DNA of 64,000 nucleotides from Henriciella sp. (GTDB lineage Bacteria; Pseudomonadota; Alphaproteobacteria; Caulobacterales; Hyphomonadaceae): NCBI GenBank assembly GCA_041984335.1, contig JBHIYI010000008.1, positions 46,297 to 110,296 of the forward strand, read 5' to 3'. Shown piece by piece: positions 60,587 to 64,000 of this stretch (position 1 is its first letter; each line of letters starts with the position of its first letter). The notes under the pieces were generated by a model. It saw only the letters and a program-made list of their open reading frames with translations, ran no database searches and was not told where the DNA came from. The position numbers and the translations under genes were made by a program.

Positions 60587-60704
60587 GCCCAGGCTCCTTT
60601 ATGCGCTTCCTCAGAAGTCGCAGGTGCCCCTAGTACGCTGGCGGATTGGATAGCGCGGCGCGTTTAAACAAACGCGAAACGCCGCGTTTCAAATTTCAAT
60701 GAAA

Positions 60705-61982
60705 TTATCGCTTATTCTTGCCCATGAAGCCGAACAGGTGGCCGGCAACCTTTCGCATCTGGATCTCTTCACTGCCTTCGGTGATGCGATAGCGCCGGTG
60801 GTGACGGTAAATATGCTCGAACGGTTTGTGGCGCGAATAGCCCATGCCACCATGCACCTGCATCGCGCGGTCGGCCGCGTTGCAGCACAACCGGTTCGCT
60901 CGATAATTACACATTGAGACCTTATCAGACAGGCGCTGCGCCACTTCAGGCTTGGTCATCTGGTCCATTTCCCAGGCCGTCTTGAAGATCAACAGGCGCA
61001 GCATTTCCGCTTCCGTGGCGAGCTCGACAAGCGGGAACTGGATCGCCTGATTGACCGCGAGCGCCTTCCCAAATGGCTTGCGCGCCTGCGCATAATCAAC
61101 GCTTTCGTCGATACAGTAGAGCGCGGCGCCAACAGAACTCGCCGCCTGCCTTATCCGGTTCTCGTGGACAAAATGCTGCGCCAAAGCGAGCCCGCCTTCC
61201 GCCGGTCCGAACAAGGCACTTTCCGGTACCCAGACATTGGTCAGCGAGACCCTTGGATGGTCGGTCGGCATATTGAACGTCCAGAGATATTCTTCAATCT
61301 TCACGCCCGGATCATCAGCGGGCACGAGGAGGCAGCTGATCCCGCGCGCGTCGCCATCATTACCGCTGGTCCGGACAAAGCACATCATGTGCGTGGCGAC
61401 ATGCATGCCCGTCGTCCACATCTTTTCGCCATTGATCAGCCAGCCATCAACGCCGTCGCGTGTCTCGCGTTTGGCAACCGTCTCCATATGAGTGGCGTCA
61501 GAGCCATGATCCGGCTCGGTCAATCCGAACGTGGCGCGAAATTTTCCGTCCAGCGCATCCTTTATGAGGTGCTTCTGTTCCGGGCGTGCGAAATCCCGCA
61601 GCATCAGGATCTGCGGATAATTTGCGACGATCGAATGTTCGTTCTGCAGGTCATTGTGGAGCCCCAGCCCCTTTCGCGCGAGGTGTTCGCGTATGATCGC
61701 CATGGCGAGGTTTGACCCGTCCTGTCCGCCATATTCGGAGGGAAGCGCGAATCGGAAGTGGCCCGCCTTGTCGGCGCGGCGCTTGGCTTCGGTGAGCAGC
61801 TCCTCCCAGTCGTGTCGGGGAAGGCCGCCATTCTCGAAATCGGTCCGGGCCCACTCACGGCGATGATCGAAGAACCTGATATTATCGTCTTGCTGCTCGA
61901 GCGGTTTGATCTCCGCCTCGATAAATTCATCCAGAACGACGAGATAGTCGGCAATATCCTGCGGAATGTTGAAATCCATCAT
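60705..61982 (-). CDS. Acyl-CoA dehydrogenase family protein
   Basis: FGLTEP.HGSDA, NGEKMWTT, RKPFG..L..NQ.IQF and QVHGGMG...ITEGSEEIQ. Confidence 0.93.
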   Translation of the reverse strand: MMDFNIPQDIADYLVVLDEFIEAEIKPLEQQDDNIRFFDHRREWARTDFENGGLPRHDWEELLTEAKRRADKAGHFRFALPSEYGGQDGSNLAMAIIREHLARKGLGLHNDLQNEHSIVANYPQILMLRDFARPEQKHLIKDALDGKFRATFGLTEPDHGSDATHMETVAKRETRDGVDGWLINGEKMWTTGMHVATHMMCFVRTSGNDGDARGISCLLVPADDPGVKIEEYLWTFNMPTDHPRVSLTNVWVPESALFGPAEGGLALAQHFVHENRIRQAASSVGAALYCIDESVDYAQARKPFGKALAVNQAIQFPLVELATEAEMLRLLIFKTAWEMDQMTKPEVAQRLSDKVSMCNYRANRLCCNAADRAMQVHGGMGYSRHKPFEHIYRHHRRYRITEGSEEIQMRKVAGHLFGFMGKNKR

Positions 61983-62141
61983 TTCCCTCCTGCGTTTCAC
62001 GTAGAGGTTAAGACGGCAGCCCGCATCCGCAATCCGCCTCGTCGCGTCAATCAAGGAACAGTGCGGTGAAACCCTGGGCCGACTCCTGTCAGTTATTGTC
62101 AGTTGCCGATCAGATAAATCAAAATTCTGTGTGCTGAACGA

Positions 62142-62169
62142 TTGACTTATTATTCAGTGTTTATATGTT
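62142..62169 (+). promoter_or_regulatory. Possible sigma70-type promoter for the CC_3452-like gene
   Basis: TTGACT-N16-TATGTT. Confidence 0.35.
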
Positions 62170-62233
62170 CGCCGCAGTCAGATGAAAACATCGACATCGG
62201 CGTCCCGCCACCCAATTTGAAAGGTTTCCTCCC

Positions 62234-62536
62234 ATGATCCGCACACTCGCTGCTGCAACCACTGCCCTGGCTTTTGCCGGTACTGCTTTTGCCGGAACCG
62301 CCTTTACCGCGACCCTCGAAACCCCGATGGACAAGGCAGAAAAAATCGTCGCTGCCAAAGCGCTTTGGAGCTGCTCTGAAGATACTTGCCGTGCCACGCT
62401 GGACCGCAAGACCGTAAAGGTCAGCACTTGCAAGAAAGTCGTCAAGGAAGTCGGCAAACTGGCTGAGTTCTCAAACGGCAAGGACACTCTGTCCGACTCA
62501 GATCTGGAGCGTTGCAACGCGGTTGCAAAATCCTAA
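62234..62536 (+). CDS. Small secreted four-cysteine protein (CC_3452-like family)
   Basis: Signal peptide, then W.C....C...C...GK...F......L....L..CN. Confidence 0.75.
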   Translation: MIRTLAAATTALAFAGTAFAGTAFTATLETPMDKAEKIVAAKALWSCSEDTCRATLDRKTVKVSTCKKVVKEVGKLAEFSNGKDTLSDSDLERCNAVAKS

Positions 62537-62565
62537 TCAACTTATTTACCTCACTCCCCTCCCGG

Positions 62566-62597
62566 GGCCGTTTCTCCGGAAACGGCCTTCTTTTTAT
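62566..62597 (+). terminator. Intrinsic terminator
   Basis: GGCCGTTTC-TCCG-GAAACGGCC followed by a T-rich tract. Confidence 0.85.
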
Positions 62598-62702
62598 TTA
62601 TGCTCCAATCGCACTTTCATTGCCGTGGAGCTTCTCAGATGAGTCGCAGCGGGTTTAGATGGAAGATGAATTGCGCCCGCCCGTGCTCCAGGAGGACCTT
62701 CC

Positions 62703-63608
62703 ATGACCCATCCAGCCGTCCGTACCCCGGATGATCGTTTTTCAAACCTCCCGGATTTTGCATTCAAGCCAAACTATGTGGACGATTTGCCAGGCTATGA
62801 CGGTCTGCGTGTGCATTATCTGGACGAAGGCGATCGGGCGGCGGACCGCGTGTTTCTCTGCCTGCATGGACAGCCAACCTGGTCTTTCCTGTATCGCAAG
62901 ATGATCCCGGTCTTCGTCGACAGCGGTGCGCGCGTAATCTGCCCGGACTGGCTTGGCTTTGGTCGCTCTGACAAGCCTACCGATGACGCGATCTATACTT
63001 TTCACTTCCATCGCAACATGATGATCGCGCTGATAAAGCGCCTCGATCTGACCAATATCACGCTGGTCTGTCAGGATTGGGGTGGCATTCTCGGCCTGAC
63101 GATTCCGATGGAGATGCCCGAGCGATTCGCGCGTTTGCTGGTCATGAATACGGCTATTCCGACCGGGCAGTCCCCTGGTGAGGGGTTCGAGGCCTGGCGG
63201 GCTTTCAATCGCACGCAGCCTGACATGGACATCGCCGCACTGATGAAGCGCGCGACGCCTGTCCTTACTGAGGAAGAAGCGTCGGCTTATGCCGCTCCCT
63301 TCCCGGATGTGACCTACAAAGCTGGCGTCCGCCGCTTTCCCGAACTGGTTATGACCGCGCCGGATATGGACGGCGTTGAAACATCAAAACGCGCCGCGCA
63401 GTGGTGGACAAATGAATGGGCGGGTTCAAGCTTCATGGCTGTCGGAGCGCAGGATCCTGTGCTCGGTCCCCCTCAGATGGACGCCTTGCGCAAGCTTATT
63501 CGAGGCTGCCCTGCCCCCATGATCGTCGAAGATGGCGGGCATTTCGTGCAGGAATGGGGCGAGCCGATCGCCCGCGCGGCCCTCAAGGCCTGGGGCGATC
63601 CGATCTAA
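62703..63608 (+). CDS. Haloalkane dehalogenase (DhlA-like)
   Basis: LHGQPTWSFLYR, GFGRSDKP, QDWGG (nucleophile Asp) and GHFVQE (catalytic His). Confidence 0.92.
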   Translation: MTHPAVRTPDDRFSNLPDFAFKPNYVDDLPGYDGLRVHYLDEGDRAADRVFLCLHGQPTWSFLYRKMIPVFVDSGARVICPDWLGFGRSDKPTDDAIYTFHFHRNMMIALIKRLDLTNITLVCQDWGGILGLTIPMEMPERFARLLVMNTAIPTGQSPGEGFEAWRAFNRTQPDMDIAALMKRATPVLTEEEASAYAAPFPDVTYKAGVRRFPELVMTAPDMDGVETSKRAAQWWTNEWAGSSFMAVGAQDPVLGPPQMDALRKLIRGCPAPMIVEDGGHFVQEWGEPIARAALKAWGDPI

Positions 63609-63976
63609 CCCGCCCCGTCGACCTTTGCACTGACAATACCTGCAGTTTCCAACTCTCGGTCGAGCCGACCGGTAATCCAGCAGAAGTACATCCGGAAGTC
63701 GCTGATCAGAGACCAGAGTGGGTGCGTGAACGTTGCCGGCTTGTTTCGCTCAATGAAGGCGTGGCTGATCCAGGCAAAGAAATATCCGGCCACCGGCATC
63801 GCAAGAAGCAGCATCCAGCGCTGCGACATCACCGCGAACACCGCGATCGAGATCACAAGCGTCGTTCCCGCATAATGAAACAAGCGTGTCGCAGGCTTGG
63901 CATGTTCCTGCAGATAGAACGGCCAGAACTCCGCATAGCTCTCTTTGCGATCCGACATGATGTGTGCCTCGTTCAT
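63605..63976 (-). CDS. DUF962 (Mpo1-like) membrane protein
   Basis: FWPFYL.EH, HYAGT, GYFFAW.SH.FIE.NKPATF.HP.WSL..DFRM. Confidence 0.9.
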   Translation of the reverse strand: MNEAHIMSDRKESYAEFWPFYLQEHAKPATRLFHYAGTTLVISIAVFAVMSQRWMLLLAMPVAGYFFAWISHAFIERNKPATFTHPLWSLISDFRMYFCWITGRLDRELETAGIVSAKVDGAG

Positions 63977-64000
63977 GCGCCTATCCAGACGCTAGCGCCG

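Overview
A mostly core-chromosome window from a high-GC alphaproteobacterium. Gene content and order (lmdC-bacA, ccrM-smc-atpI, split gcvPA/gcvPB, CC_3452-like gene) suggest Caulobacterales/Hyphomonadaceae; this assignment is an inference. Left to right: sufB (runs off the left edge and is missing from the ORF track); a glutathione-dependent formaldehyde/GSNO detox set (frmA, VOC, fghA) wedged between the cysteine desulfurase and sufB, which itself carries two foreign-looking genes (an orphan lipoprotein and a PIN-fold-like gene); alpha/beta hydrolase, DOMON-like, DUF1343, tyrS; AsmA/YhdP-like; bcp; M23 peptidase and bactofilin; prfB with its +1 frameshift; PBP1A; amiC; rne; ornithine decarboxylase with a speF-like leader; recJ, AraC, glpX, hom, aminotransferase; phaC; an Rpf-like membrane-anchored lysozyme-fold protein; ccrM; MFS; a LexA-boxed radical SAM gene; mutY, DUF721, two dsbA-like genes, smc; the F0 atp genes; two acyltransferases; gcvT-H-PA-PB under a tandem glycine riboswitch; an orphan TadG-vWA gene; acyl-CoA dehydrogenase; haloalkane dehalogenase; DUF962. 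I saw no rRNA, tRNA, CRISPR array, transposase or integrase. Best novelty candidates: (1) the PIN-like gene coupled to frmA inside a mosaic Fe-S/formaldehyde locus with phased upstream repeats, (2) an Rpf-like muralytic enzyme in a Gram-negative organism, (3) uORFs overlapping or abutting the speF leader. All family assignments come from motif recognition by eye; no searches were run.
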